In this document: positions 19,522-29,679 of the stretch, one piece after another | How positions within the stretch are numbered: the stretch's first letter is position 1 | Layout of the letters: the number at the start of each line of letters is the position of its first letter | IMG/VR virus record: IMGVR_UViG_3300031993_000008 | Location: 32,001-96,000 of that record | Length of the DNA stretch: 64,000 nucleotides | Source: a virus | Taxonomy: Duplodnaviria > Caudoviricetes | Direction: 5' to 3' (one strand) | Made by a program: the position numbers and the translations under genes | The notes under the pieces: generated by a model | Databases searched by the model: none | What the model was told of the DNA's origin: nothing | Seen by the model: only the letters and a program-made list of their open reading frames with translations

Positions 19522-21807
19522 TTATTCTTCATCCATTCCTGATTCCCAATCACCCAATTCATAATCCGGATGTTTTTCAAGTTTTTCAATCAATTCATCA
19601 AGATCCACAAAGTCAAATGTATCCACATAACAGACTTCAAAAACAGATTCCATAAGTTCTGATACACGGTATTCTGGGAAATCCTTCTCAAACTTCAAAG
19701 CAAATCTCTCATAATTACTGTCTTCCAGTCCATCTGAAATATCTGAAAGTTCAAGTATTGTTTCAGAATTCTCATCAATCCAGGCACTGTAATAAAGTTT
19801 TCCTTCATATGGTTTAGGATCAATACCTTCATCTTCATATTCACTGTCTGCACCAGTAAAATCATCTGTAAATCTTGTGGGTTTACTCTTAAGAATATCA
19901 TCAAGGTCTTCTGGACTAAGTGGTTTAACATCATCAGAATCTTCACTCATACCTCCCATTATCTTGAAGTATATCTTTCTGCTTTCCTCATCAAGATACA
20001 TTGGGTTGATGGTGCCCTTATCTATCAGGTACTTCATCACTTCTTCCTTACCCTCTTTCTTGAGCATCTCTGTGAGTTTCTTCATTTCATCAATATAAGC
20101 AGTCTTGAAGTCTTCTCCAGTCCTCCATACCTTCTGGGTCTTGAGAATCTTACCTATAACTCTCATCTTCTCGGCTGCCATTCTTATTACAGAACCTTTC
20201 TCATCTTCATTGAGTTCAGTATTAAGAATATTATTAAATGCATTAAACACTGTTTCAAATACAGTATCAAGAAGATTCTGCATATCTTCCTCTGTTTTGT
20301 TGAGAATTGTCTCATTGTCTATCAACTTAATCAGGTCAGGAAGGAAAGACTCCTTCAGATCATTCAACATTTTAATGAGAGAATCAACATCATCTTTACT
20401 CATTTCAGAGAAATGGAGTTCTGTCAATGATTCAAACTTGTCAATACCACTCTGTAATATTTCAACAGTCTTTCCGGATACAAGTTCAAACTGTTGGAGA
20501 TCAATGAAATTGTTAAACAAAATAATCCACTTCCTGAAAGGATGTTGTCTCTTGAATTTCTCTTTCCTTTCTTCAGCCTTCTTTGCATCCCTTTCCTCTC
20601 TCTTCTTTTTCAGTTTCTCCTTTTCAATATCATCTGAAATGATGTCTTCCAAATCATCCTTTGCTTTATCAATCAAGTCCTGTTTCTCCTCCCTTGAAAG
20701 ACCACCTTCCTTCATTTTCTCCATTGCTTCCTTCAATGATTCCCTGGCCTTTTCAGCATCACTCATAACATCATCACTTGATTTTCCAAACTGATCAGCA
20801 ACCTCATCAGCATTTTCATTAATATCATCCATCAACTTGTCAATGTCTTTCAAAGTCTTATCCATTTCTTCTTCAGACATTCCTTTTGGACTCTTATACA
20901 AATCCTCAACAAGATCTTCAATGTCCATCTTCAATCCACCTATATCACCAAGTTTTGAATCACCAAGTTCCTCAAGTTCATCCTGGATGGTCTTGTCACC
21001 ACGAGACTCCTTACCAAGAATGTCATCAAGTGTCTTCTGGAGTTCCTTTCTTGCATATCTCTTTTCCTCATCCTCTGCATCCGGATTCATCAGAACCTTT
21101 GATGCCTTTTCAATTGCATCAAGAATTTTAAGTTCAATGTCATCAAGTGAGAAACCATTTCTGTCAAGCCACTCCTTATATTCCTTATCACCATACTTAT
21201 CCATGATTTCCTCCCAGGTCATACCTGCATATTCCTTATTATAAAGCATATTCATCTTCTTGAAGAAACTGTCATCAACAATACCATCCTCAACCATTGA
21301 TGAATTAACCTCATAGTCCATACAGATGTTGGCCTTCATGTTGGCCTTCTTTCTTGCACCCTTCAAACCGTCAGCAAACATCTCTTCAGGATACATATCA
21401 TTGAATCTCATAAGATGATCAAAGAAGACATGGAACATTTCATGGAACAGGACACCGAATACCCTATCACTGTTCATCTTACAAGTATTATAGACATAAC
21501 CCATATTTATCCAGAGATTGTTGAAATTATCAACCATCATTGTATCACAGAACTCACTTGGATAAACAGGAATATACATAGGTTTACACTTTGACATAAA
21601 ATTATAGAGATATGGATAATCTCTCATCATTTTATATATGGCATCTGAACAAACCTTAAGAATATCATCAGCTTTAACCTTCACATATCCTTTTTTGGTT
21701 ATGTCATATATGTCTATTTCTCCCATCTTTTCAATGATGTCTTCATTACCAGTTATGACATCATAATAAGATGATTCATTTAAACTTCTATACATCTGAT
21801 TATACAT
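19522..21807 (-). CDS. Putative HEXXH metallopeptidase (DUF2201 N-terminal-like) with long acidic helical region
   Basis: VLFHEMFHVFFDH and ANICMDYEVN; start moved to MYNQ because the promoter at 21833 lies downstream of the track start. Confidence 0.75.
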   Translation of the reverse strand: MYNQMYRSLNESSYYDVITGNEDIIEKMGEIDIYDITKKGYVKVKADDILKVCSDAIYKMMRDYPYLYNFMSKCKPMYIPVYPSEFCDTMMVDNFNNLWINMGYVYNTCKMNSDRVFGVLFHEMFHVFFDHLMRFNDMYPEEMFADGLKGARKKANMKANICMDYEVNSSMVEDGIVDDSFFKKMNMLYNKEYAGMTWEEIMDKYGDKEYKEWLDRNGFSLDDIELKILDAIEKASKVLMNPDAEDEEKRYARKELQKTLDDILGKESRGDKTIQDELEELGDSKLGDIGGLKMDIEDLVEDLYKSPKGMSEEEMDKTLKDIDKLMDDINENADEVADQFGKSSDDVMSDAEKARESLKEAMEKMKEGGLSREEKQDLIDKAKDDLEDIISDDIEKEKLKKKREERDAKKAEERKEKFKRQHPFRKWIILFNNFIDLQQFELVSGKTVEILQSGIDKFESLTELHFSEMSKDDVDSLIKMLNDLKESFLPDLIKLIDNETILNKTEEDMQNLLDTVFETVFNAFNNILNTELNEDEKGSVIRMAAEKMRVIGKILKTQKVWRTGEDFKTAYIDEMKKLTEMLKKEGKEEVMKYLIDKGTINPMYLDEESRKIYFKIMGGMSEDSDDVKPLSPEDLDDILKSKPTRFTDDFTGADSEYEDEGIDPKPYEGKLYYSAWIDENSETILELSDISDGLEDSNYERFALKFEKDFPEYRVSELMESVFEVCYVDTFDFVDLDELIEKLEKHPDYELGDWESGMDEE

Positions 21808-21832
21808 AAAATTGTGGATAAATAATATATTG

Positions 21833-21873
21833 TATTTATGAAATAAAAAAGGAAGTGGGTGTCCACTTCCTTT
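21833..21873 (-). promoter_or_regulatory. Terminator hairpin plus late promoter CATAAATA (21833-21840)
   Basis: aaaggaagtgg-gtgt-ccacttccttt followed on the minus strand by CATAAATA. Confidence 0.65.
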
Positions 21874-21893
21874 CATTCATATGCCTATTTTTA

Positions 21894-24701
21894 TTAAGCA
21901 AAATCACTCTTGTCATACTTGTATCTTTCAGCAGTTGCATCAAGATATTCCTTCAATTCCTTCAATGTCTCCTTATTCTTCATAACATCAAGGAACTTGA
22001 TGATATTGATGTGCATAATCTTTACAAAGTTGTCCTTTGAACCAGAGAAGGTCTTATTAAGATTGTTGAATACATTCATAAGAATATCAACACTTGGGAC
22101 ATTGTCAGGTGAATAAACAACCTTTATGTAATTCTCAATTCTCTTACATACTTCTGCACATTTTGCAGTTGAAGGAATCTCATAATCAGGATCCTCCAAA
22201 ATCTTCTGTACATTGATAGATGTCTTTGCGTGTTCTGTGAGGAATCTTACATATTTCTTTGCCATCTCAGCACCGATAATTGAAGAAGCCTTCAAAAGTA
22301 TTTCATCTGCCGGAATTTCTGAAATCTCTGCATATCCATGATTCTTCTTGTAAAGATGTAACTCATTCATAAGAGCTGACCAGGTACGAGGTGTTGGCCA
22401 ACCTGATTTACCCTTTTCATACTCTTCAGGTCTGATAGTATGCCAGTTGGTATATTCACCTTCCTCATTCTTTTCAAACATAAGGAACTCAAGAGTTACA
22501 TCATCAAAATGGCCCTTTGTTACAGCCCACTTTTTCCAGTCATCAAATGATGGGATGAAATTGTACTGACCACCAAGGAAACGTGTACCTACAACAGCAC
22601 CTGTTGAACCATAACCCCTCTCAACTTCAGCGTCATCAGCTGGACGGTTAGAACAGCAGATGATTGCCCATTTGTCACCAAGCAGGAACTCATCATTGTA
22701 TGTTCTTGTAAGAAGAAGCTGCATCAAAATCTTGAATATCATCTCATCAGCACGGAAGAACTCATCAAAGAGAAGGATACCTCCTTCTGTTGTTTCTGTG
22801 ATAACAAGACGACCTTTCTTCATACTCTTGTCAACATGACCATTGGCAATATTGTTAAGAATGTCATTCTCTTCCTGACTTGCTGATATACGATAACAAG
22901 GCAACCAGGTCTTTGGAGCTTCTGTTGAAACCTTGTGCATATTACCCTTAATCTTCTCAATGGTGTCTGTTGAAACACCTGATGTCTGGATGAGTTCCTT
23001 TACCTTTGGTCTTTCATTAAGGTAATCATCAACTTTCTTATCCATAGGAATAGGAAGTGTAAAACCATCAACTGTAAGGTCACCACACTCAACAACCATC
23101 AATGCTTTCTGATGGAATGCATCCTGATTTGAGTTCCATTCCTTTATTATACTCTTTGGAATACTTGACTTACCAATACCGGGAGCACCCCAGATAAGAA
23201 CTGAACCACCACCTTCTTCCTCACCTTCCTGATAGGCAGGTACATTCTTGATGGCATCTTCAAGTATCATTCCAAGCTGCTTTGAATTGATGTCTGGAAT
23301 ATCCCTAAGACCACCAGCCTCTGCACTGAAACCTACTCTCTTGAAGTTTTCCTCATTAATCATCTGGAGATAACCAGTATTACCATACTTCTCATAGTGT
23401 TCATTGATCATACCTTTGAAAGTCTCATAGTTCTTGTACTCAATACTGTCCTTGTCAATGATTCCATAATATTCAGGACTCTCAACAATGTCAGCATGTT
23501 TCTCAACACCCTCAAGGAAATCATTATCAACACCACAGAAACCATGAACACCAGGTATTGCATCAGAGGCAATCACATTCAATGATGTATAAGGACTCAT
23601 TACAGGATACATTTCTCCATTTTCTGCAAAGAAGGTGATAAATTTATCAAACTTCAAAGCAATTGATTTAAAAAATCCCCTGATTTTATCAACACCTTTA
23701 TTGATGAAATCCTTTACCTTTCCCTCATTCACAAAGGTATCGAAATCAACTACATGATTCAATTTATTATCCATATCTGTTATATTTTTATTTTCAGTAA
23801 CACCTTCTTCTCCTTCTTCATCAGTCACTGACTTGAAGAAATCTCTTCTATATTTCTTGTTCATTGACTTTGTCTCATCCTCTGTACCACCAATGATAGG
23901 AAGATCAGCCCTTACTGTCTTGGTCTCAAGTGTACCATCAGGATTTCTGAATTTCTTCTCAATCCACTTTGGAGTCCATTTCTTCAATGACTGTGAGAAT
24001 GAACTGAACAGGAACATATTCTTGAAATCAGCACAAGATGAAACATCCCAACTACAAATAGTGTCATTGTTGAATGTTGATTTGTAGAACATACCTTCCA
24101 TAGTCTTTACCCTACCGGTATCCCAACTACTCAAATCAATGTTTGGAAGATCTGTAAAAGCAAACAATGCTGCCATATTGGTGATTGAAGAAACATCCAG
24201 TCTTCTCAAGATACCCTTATGAGTCATCTCATTGGTGTGTTCCTCTTCTACCATATCATAGAAGTCATTGATAAAACCAAAGATGTTGTATTTTGATACC
24301 TTGTTGTCAGTAAGTTTGACAGCACCAGTGATTGTTCTCTTTTCTTCTGGTTCATCAGGATCAGTCTTTTCACCACTACCTTCACCACCTTCATCCTCAA
24401 CATCACCAGTAATAGGTTCATCCTCATCTTTCTTAATGTCATCATCTGACAAAAAGTCATCATCCCAGAATGCCTCATTGAGTCTTGAGAACTTCAATCT
24501 GTTTCTCTCAATTGTCTCATTGATATGTTCAATGTTGTCTTCTACAGATTTATTGATAAGTTCCTCATTTTCAACAAGCCACTTGTCAAACTCATCTGCA
24601 ATCTCATCATCAGACATTGTAATATTACTCTCATTTAGTTTCTTCCTAAACTCAGCTTCCCACCTGATAACAGCAGGACACAGTAATTGTTCTATTGTCA
24701 T
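21894..24701 (-). CDS. MoxR-like AAA+ ATPase with N-terminal DUF285/BspA-like repeats
   Basis: WGAPGIGKS, LLFDEFFRA, CSNR, PTPRTW; repeats LDVSSITNMAALF / WDTGRVKTMEGMF / WDVSSCADFKNMF. Confidence 0.8.
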   Translation of the reverse strand: MTIEQLLCPAVIRWEAEFRKKLNESNITMSDDEIADEFDKWLVENEELINKSVEDNIEHINETIERNRLKFSRLNEAFWDDDFLSDDDIKKDEDEPITGDVEDEGGEGSGEKTDPDEPEEKRTITGAVKLTDNKVSKYNIFGFINDFYDMVEEEHTNEMTHKGILRRLDVSSITNMAALFAFTDLPNIDLSSWDTGRVKTMEGMFYKSTFNNDTICSWDVSSCADFKNMFLFSSFSQSLKKWTPKWIEKKFRNPDGTLETKTVRADLPIIGGTEDETKSMNKKYRRDFFKSVTDEEGEEGVTENKNITDMDNKLNHVVDFDTFVNEGKVKDFINKGVDKIRGFFKSIALKFDKFITFFAENGEMYPVMSPYTSLNVIASDAIPGVHGFCGVDNDFLEGVEKHADIVESPEYYGIIDKDSIEYKNYETFKGMINEHYEKYGNTGYLQMINEENFKRVGFSAEAGGLRDIPDINSKQLGMILEDAIKNVPAYQEGEEEGGGSVLIWGAPGIGKSSIPKSIIKEWNSNQDAFHQKALMVVECGDLTVDGFTLPIPMDKKVDDYLNERPKVKELIQTSGVSTDTIEKIKGNMHKVSTEAPKTWLPCYRISASQEENDILNNIANGHVDKSMKKGRLVITETTEGGILLFDEFFRADEMIFKILMQLLLTRTYNDEFLLGDKWAIICCSNRPADDAEVERGYGSTGAVVGTRFLGGQYNFIPSFDDWKKWAVTKGHFDDVTLEFLMFEKNEEGEYTNWHTIRPEEYEKGKSGWPTPRTWSALMNELHLYKKNHGYAEISEIPADEILLKASSIIGAEMAKKYVRFLTEHAKTSINVQKILEDPDYEIPSTAKCAEVCKRIENYIKVVYSPDNVPSVDILMNVFNNLNKTFSGSKDNFVKIMHINIIKFLDVMKNKETLKELKEYLDATAERYKYDKSDFA

Positions 24702-24713
24702 AATCTATATAGT

Positions 24714-26696
24714 TTATTTTCTTGATAATTCTCTCTTAAGTTTCTTCTTCCAGAACTCACGACCTTCCTTACCGTTCAATACATCATGGAACATACTCAA
24801 TGTACGCCAGTTGATTGACTGGTAATTTGGATCAGCCAGGAGTTTCTCAACTTCCTCAATGAACTCCTCAACCATATCCCTTGGAATTGCACATCTGTCA
24901 TCAGGAATAGTCTTATCTGCATATTCTGTAAGAATCTTCTTCTTCATAACTGTCCAGATTGATTCAGCAAGAGGTGCAATATCATAGTTCTCAAAACGAG
25001 ATGAGATAGCATCCCAGTTACCCTTACCTACTTCATTGATAAATACATCTCTTTCAGAGTTGGAGATGATAACAACAAGACCTCTGAAGATGAACTCATT
25101 AGGCATTGCAGGTTGGGTATTTGCTTCCTCATCCTTCCATGCATCATCAATTTTTGTCATATAGAGGTCAATCATTTCCTGATCGGCATCTTCCTTACTT
25201 GCAACACCACCAGGTGCAGTACCACTATAGTAAAGACTGTATTTCTTCATCTCCTTCTTATAAAAATCTGTCTTATCATCAGCTGACTTACGACCGATTT
25301 CTGTATAATACATCTTCTGTCTGTCACCCTTAAGTCTTCTTACATTATAAACCTTCAGTTTTGACTCCTTACCAGGATAACCTATCAAACAGTCTTCAAT
25401 ATCTGTCTGGAGAGCATTCTTCCACATAGAAACACGGTAGTCACCATCAAAAAGGTTTGGTGAATCATCAAATACCAGCATCTTACCATTGTATTCATAC
25501 ATAAGCTGATAAACAGAGTCTGCTGTTGAGCAACCTGAACCTGCCCATACATAGTCTCTGTTCAATACCATATTCTTTTCCTTGAGGATCTTCTTGAGGG
25601 TATGTGTCTTACCGATACCACCCTTACCAGTGAGAAGGACACCACGTCTTGACATAATAGACTTGTCATTACTATCAAGGTCACCATTCTGATGTACATA
25701 GTTACACATAGCACTTATAACCAACTCCAACTCTGTGATGGTTGATTCATAGTTCTCTGTGTCCTCTTCAATCCTGGCCTTCAGAAGGTCTTCTCTTGCT
25801 TTCATCTTCTTTTCAAGAGAATCTTCCTCATCAGTAACTTCATATGCAATACCAGCAGATGTGGAAATTGCAGGACCCTCACCCTTATATGACTTTACAA
25901 GATTGTCAAATACACCGGCATCAACTGCCTTCTGTACTGAACCAGCAACTCTACCACCTGTTGCAAGCAACATTACATTGTTGGCACAGTCCATCATATA
26001 TCTTGTCTGACCATCCCTGGTAGCCAATGGACCACCAACAAATATCTTAAGAATTCTTGTTGCCACTGGATCATTATCCTGAATCAATAAGAAATACTGT
26101 TCAACTGCATTCTTTACACCATAATCACGGATAAAACCATATACATACTGTTTGTCATCCTCTGACATCTTCTCGAAGTTCTTTACATTCTTCTCAACAT
26201 AACCGGCACCAATTCTTCCGGCAAATGACTCATCAACTGGTTCAGGATTCTGCAAGTCATAAACCAACTGATCAAGCATATCCTTGAAACCAAGTTTCTT
26301 TGTTGAATAGGTAACCAATGCAACATTTTCCTTACCCATCTCAAATGTGTCAAATATTGAAATGAATTTCTCATTCTGGTCACGGCAGCAGACAATCTGC
26401 TTACCTCCATCCCTGTCAAAGAACCTTACACCAGGGACACCATTCAGATAAACAACATTGTATCCAACAGCAAAATCACCAATATTCTGCAGCCTCTTTG
26501 CTACAATATTGGAGATTTTTGAAAGATATTTATCCTCATAAACAGTTGTACCTATGATAATGTCATTTTCAGATATTCCCAAATCATCAGTATCTGGGAT
26601 TTCCAAAGTCTTATCCTCATTATCAACTGCTTCTTTCAATGCCTTTTTATTTGAAACAAATTCTTCGGCATCAAAATTTTTGAAATGTCTTATCAT
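24714..26696 (-). CDS. P-loop/AAA ATPase
   Basis: LLTGKGGIGKT Walker A, LVFDD Walker B, IISN sensor. Confidence 0.75.
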   Translation of the reverse strand: MIRHFKNFDAEEFVSNKKALKEAVDNEDKTLEIPDTDDLGISENDIIIGTTVYEDKYLSKISNIVAKRLQNIGDFAVGYNVVYLNGVPGVRFFDRDGGKQIVCCRDQNEKFISIFDTFEMGKENVALVTYSTKKLGFKDMLDQLVYDLQNPEPVDESFAGRIGAGYVEKNVKNFEKMSEDDKQYVYGFIRDYGVKNAVEQYFLLIQDNDPVATRILKIFVGGPLATRDGQTRYMMDCANNVMLLATGGRVAGSVQKAVDAGVFDNLVKSYKGEGPAISTSAGIAYEVTDEEDSLEKKMKAREDLLKARIEEDTENYESTITELELVISAMCNYVHQNGDLDSNDKSIMSRRGVLLTGKGGIGKTHTLKKILKEKNMVLNRDYVWAGSGCSTADSVYQLMYEYNGKMLVFDDSPNLFDGDYRVSMWKNALQTDIEDCLIGYPGKESKLKVYNVRRLKGDRQKMYYTEIGRKSADDKTDFYKKEMKKYSLYYSGTAPGGVASKEDADQEMIDLYMTKIDDAWKDEEANTQPAMPNEFIFRGLVVIISNSERDVFINEVGKGNWDAISSRFENYDIAPLAESIWTVMKKKILTEYADKTIPDDRCAIPRDMVEEFIEEVEKLLADPNYQSINWRTLSMFHDVLNGKEGREFWKKKLKRELSRK

Positions 26697-26727
26697 ATCT
26701 TATTTCTTATGATTATATAATATAAGT

Positions 26728-26735
26728 TATTTATG
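26728..26735 (-). promoter_or_regulatory. Putative late promoter CATAAATA
   Basis: Exact octamer upstream of ATG 26696. Confidence 0.65.
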
Positions 26736-26740
26736 AAATA

Positions 26741-27580
26741 TCAATTGACATACAATTTCTCATAAACATTACTATTGTCCATCCTTTGTGTTATCTGCCT
26801 GTATCCCCAATTCCTTGTATTGATGTCAACACAGTTCTCATAACAGTCACCAGGAACAACCAGATTCTCATCTGTGGAATCAAAACTCAGGGCATATTTT
26901 ATACCCCTCTCATTCATCATTGCTATCCTGTCAAAGAGGTCAAGGTAATCTATCTTTCCGAAATACTTTCCTGTACTCCTGGTCATCTCATATGGGGGAT
27001 CCAGGTAAGTGAAATCATCAAGGTTCATTGCTTCCAGCATCACCCTATAGTCACACCTCTTGAATAATACATTGTGTTCATTGAGAAGTTTACTCCATTC
27101 ATCAATGATCTTCTTCAACCTCTTTGGTTTTATACCCTCCCTGGTAAGATGGAAGGTATTGTTGAAGTTACCATATTTGTTGTATCTGGGGATTCCATTG
27201 GTGCATGTCCTCATCAGGAAAAAGAAACAATAAGGACTCCTGGTCTGGTTGAACTCCTCCCTGACCATTTCAAAATATCTCTTTCTGTCCTGTATGTTAT
27301 CAAGAGAATGCATCTCTTCCCACATCCTGGAGTACTCACTGAAAAGACCATCTGGGTCTCTCTTGATGGTATTCCACAAATCTATCAAATCACCATTGAT
27401 ATCAGAACAGACACACCTGTTCACATAATGGTCAGGTGACTTGAGTAACTGGAAGAGGACTGAACATCCCCCACAGAAAGGTTCATAATATGTATCAATG
27501 AAATTAGGAAAATATTGAATGATGTCTTCACTCTGGACTCTTTTAGATCCTATCCATTTTACGACACAAGGAACATCCAT
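26741..27580 (-). CDS. dam: Dam-family (D12 class) DNA adenine methyltransferase
   Basis: KWIGSK, YEPFCGGCSV, SDIN, YLDPPY; target specificity not inferable. Confidence 0.88.
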   Translation of the reverse strand: MDVPCVVKWIGSKRVQSEDIIQYFPNFIDTYYEPFCGGCSVLFQLLKSPDHYVNRCVCSDINGDLIDLWNTIKRDPDGLFSEYSRMWEEMHSLDNIQDRKRYFEMVREEFNQTRSPYCFFFLMRTCTNGIPRYNKYGNFNNTFHLTREGIKPKRLKKIIDEWSKLLNEHNVLFKRCDYRVMLEAMNLDDFTYLDPPYEMTRSTGKYFGKIDYLDLFDRIAMMNERGIKYALSFDSTDENLVVPGDCYENCVDINTRNWGYRQITQRMDNSNVYEKLYVN

Positions 27581-27602
27581 AAATTACACATTTCTTATAA
27601 AT

Positions 27603-27614
27603 TAAATATAACAA
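27603..27614 (-). promoter_or_regulatory. Putative middle promoter TTGTTATATTTA
   Basis: Exact 12-mer recurring upstream of replication genes. Confidence 0.65.
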
Positions 27615-27621
27615 ACAAAAA

Positions 27622-27659
27622 AACCTCCCACCTATTTATTTATAGATGGGAGGAAAAAA
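27622..27659. terminator. Terminator-like hairpin
   Basis: cctccca(c)ctat...atag(a)tgggagg flanked by A tracts. Confidence 0.55.
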
Positions 27660-27680
27660 CAATAAAAATATGAACAACAA

Positions 27681-28475
27681 TTACTTCATATTACGGAATG
27701 AAGTCTTTTTATCAAATCCATGTGACTCCAGGTGCTGAACATCAGTCCTGTTGTCTATTATGGGTGGTTCCTTCATTGAGAGAAGATAATCTGTTATATT
27801 ATTCCACACCTCTTCTGCCGGTATCACTGAAGGTATCCATGTACCCATCATTATAGGGTTCTCATCATATTCACCATATCTGTTGGGTCTTATGTATCCA
27901 ACCCTGGAGAGCATATCATAAAAGTCCTTATCTCTCTTCCATGCTATATTCCAAGGTATGTCATGATGATTATAAGAGAGTCCACCTATTATTATCGGTG
28001 CCTTACAATCAACCTTTGACCTGTCGAATGTAAACTTCTTTCTCAATTTGGGAACAAGTTTAACCTCTGTGTCTGTCTCATTCTGGAGAACCCTATAAAC
28101 ATCAAACATATATGAAACATTACCTATGACTATATTGAAATCATATGAGTTTACATTATATACACCAGGGAACTTATCTGACTTATTGGGATGATAACCT
28201 GGACCACTCTGTCTGTATGCCCAGCCCTGGTTCTTATTCCCTTTATCCCAATCTTCTGCATATGTGGGATTTGCTATGTTTTTAGGGTTAACACCATTCT
28301 TCCATGTACAGAAACATTGTGCATAACCCATAGGGTATCTGTCATACATTAAATCTGATGATGTATTATTGACCAACCGGCGTGAGTTTCTTCTGTCAAA
28401 AGTTATGTGTCCATCTATACCAAACACACCCGCCAGATAATCATAATAATCCTTCTTGTTGTCTATTATTCTCAT
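27681..28475 (-). CDS. Hypothetical phage protein (early)
   Basis: Starts MRIIDNKKDYYDY, ends SHGFDKKTSFR; follows a host-type promoter. Confidence 0.7.
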   Translation of the reverse strand: MRIIDNKKDYYDYLAGVFGIDGHITFDRRNSRRLVNNTSSDLMYDRYPMGYAQCFCTWKNGVNPKNIANPTYAEDWDKGNKNQGWAYRQSGPGYHPNKSDKFPGVYNVNSYDFNIVIGNVSYMFDVYRVLQNETDTEVKLVPKLRKKFTFDRSKVDCKAPIIIGGLSYNHHDIPWNIAWKRDKDFYDMLSRVGYIRPNRYGEYDENPIMMGTWIPSVIPAEEVWNNITDYLLSMKEPPIIDNRTDVQHLESHGFDKKTSFRNMK

Positions 28476-28493
28476 AACTTCACATTTACAATA

Positions 28494-28525
28494 CAAAGAT
28501 AACAGATTTATCTGACATTACCAAA
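28494..28525 (-). promoter_or_regulatory. Bacteroidota sigma-A promoter (TTTG-N20-TATCTTTG)
   Basis: Exact -33/-7 consensus TTTG-N19-21-TAnnTTTG. Confidence 0.75.
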
Positions 28526-28531
28526 TTTTTT

Positions 28532-29674
28532 TTATCTGAATCCAAGCTTCTTTTTCTTCTTGTTGTCCTTGAACTCAATTTCAGGATTGAAGAGTTCAGC
28601 CAATGAAACATCATCATCAACCTTTGCAAGACCAAACCTTTCAGCAACCTTGTTTGCCCTATCCTTGTCAAGAAGTTCAAACTCATACTTACATCTACAT
28701 CTTCCTGGTCTCAAGAGTGCCTCATCAATCTTTTCATATTCAGTATTGAAGGTACATATGATTTTGATGTTGAGTGCATCTGCAAGAAGACCATCAGTCA
28801 TATTGAGCAAGTCTGCGATACCCTCACTTCTTCCGCCACCGTCAACAGTGACAAGACTTTCACAGTCCTCAATGATGAATACACATCCCTTGTGTCTCAA
28901 AAGGAAAGGAAGAATACCTGGATCCGTGAAATCACCAAACAGACTACTTGGAACATAGACAAACTTCATCTTCTCTGTACCACACTCCTTTATTATATGT
29001 CTGATATATGTACTCTTTCCGGTACCAGGCTTTCCATAAAGGAGATAAAGACCATTCTCATCCTCCCTGAGGGATTTTACAATACTGTTATGTACCTCAT
29101 CAAAACCTTCATTGTACATATCAAAATCCAGTTCACCCTTGAGTTTGATATCAAAGTTTTCAAGATAAAGGTCAGGATCCTTCACCATTATGTAACACTT
29201 GGCATTGTCATCATCCTGGTTGTATCCGGACAGATACTTCTTGACCACTTCCTCTATCTTTTCAGGACCAAGATGTGAAACCACATTGAGGGTATCATAG
29301 TCATAATAAATCATAACCGGTTCATTCTTCATTATAACATAGAACCTGTCAGTATAGATTTCTTCACTTATTGATTTCTTTTCATCATCCCCCGGAAGGA
29401 TAGGTCTGACCCTGTCACCCTTTGTCTTCTGCTTGTTATATTCATAGATGAGGGTTTCAAAGTCACCGGTCTTAATCAGATCATTGTAGATGACATTGTA
29501 TATGTCAAACTCCTCCTCATCATCAACCCTGTTGATATCAATATAGTACCTGTATGTGTACATATGACCATACAATTCACCATACCAGTATCCTGGGTCA
29601 ATTGCATATGTTGAAGACTTTACAAACAAACTGTTTGAAATCTGCTTTGTCTCATTTCCTACTTTAATATCCAT
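28532..29674 (-). CDS. AAA+ ATPase
   Basis: LLYGKPGTGKS, FIIEDCE, LLNMTDG, IDEALLRPGR. Confidence 0.88.
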   Translation of the reverse strand: MDIKVGNETKQISNSLFVKSSTYAIDPGYWYGELYGHMYTYRYYIDINRVDDEEEFDIYNVIYNDLIKTGDFETLIYEYNKQKTKGDRVRPILPGDDEKKSISEEIYTDRFYVIMKNEPVMIYYDYDTLNVVSHLGPEKIEEVVKKYLSGYNQDDDNAKCYIMVKDPDLYLENFDIKLKGELDFDMYNEGFDEVHNSIVKSLREDENGLYLLYGKPGTGKSTYIRHIIKECGTEKMKFVYVPSSLFGDFTDPGILPFLLRHKGCVFIIEDCESLVTVDGGGRSEGIADLLNMTDGLLADALNIKIICTFNTEYEKIDEALLRPGRCRCKYEFELLDKDRANKVAERFGLAKVDDDVSLAELFNPEIEFKDNKKKKKLGFR

Positions 29675-29679
29675 ATCTT

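Noticed and set aside
18355-21244. Long antisense ORFs (e.g. 18355..18903, 20105..20794; similarly 31524..32090, 59001..59417)
   Set aside because: Ser/Phe/Leu-rich shadows of Glu/Lys/Asp-rich sense genes, with no promoter or motif support
21808-21876. ORF-track upstream starts (21876, 36769, 39295, 56237, 28496, 31332, 2146, 2540)
   Set aside because: They overlap promoters, terminators or neighbouring genes; downstream ATGs fit better
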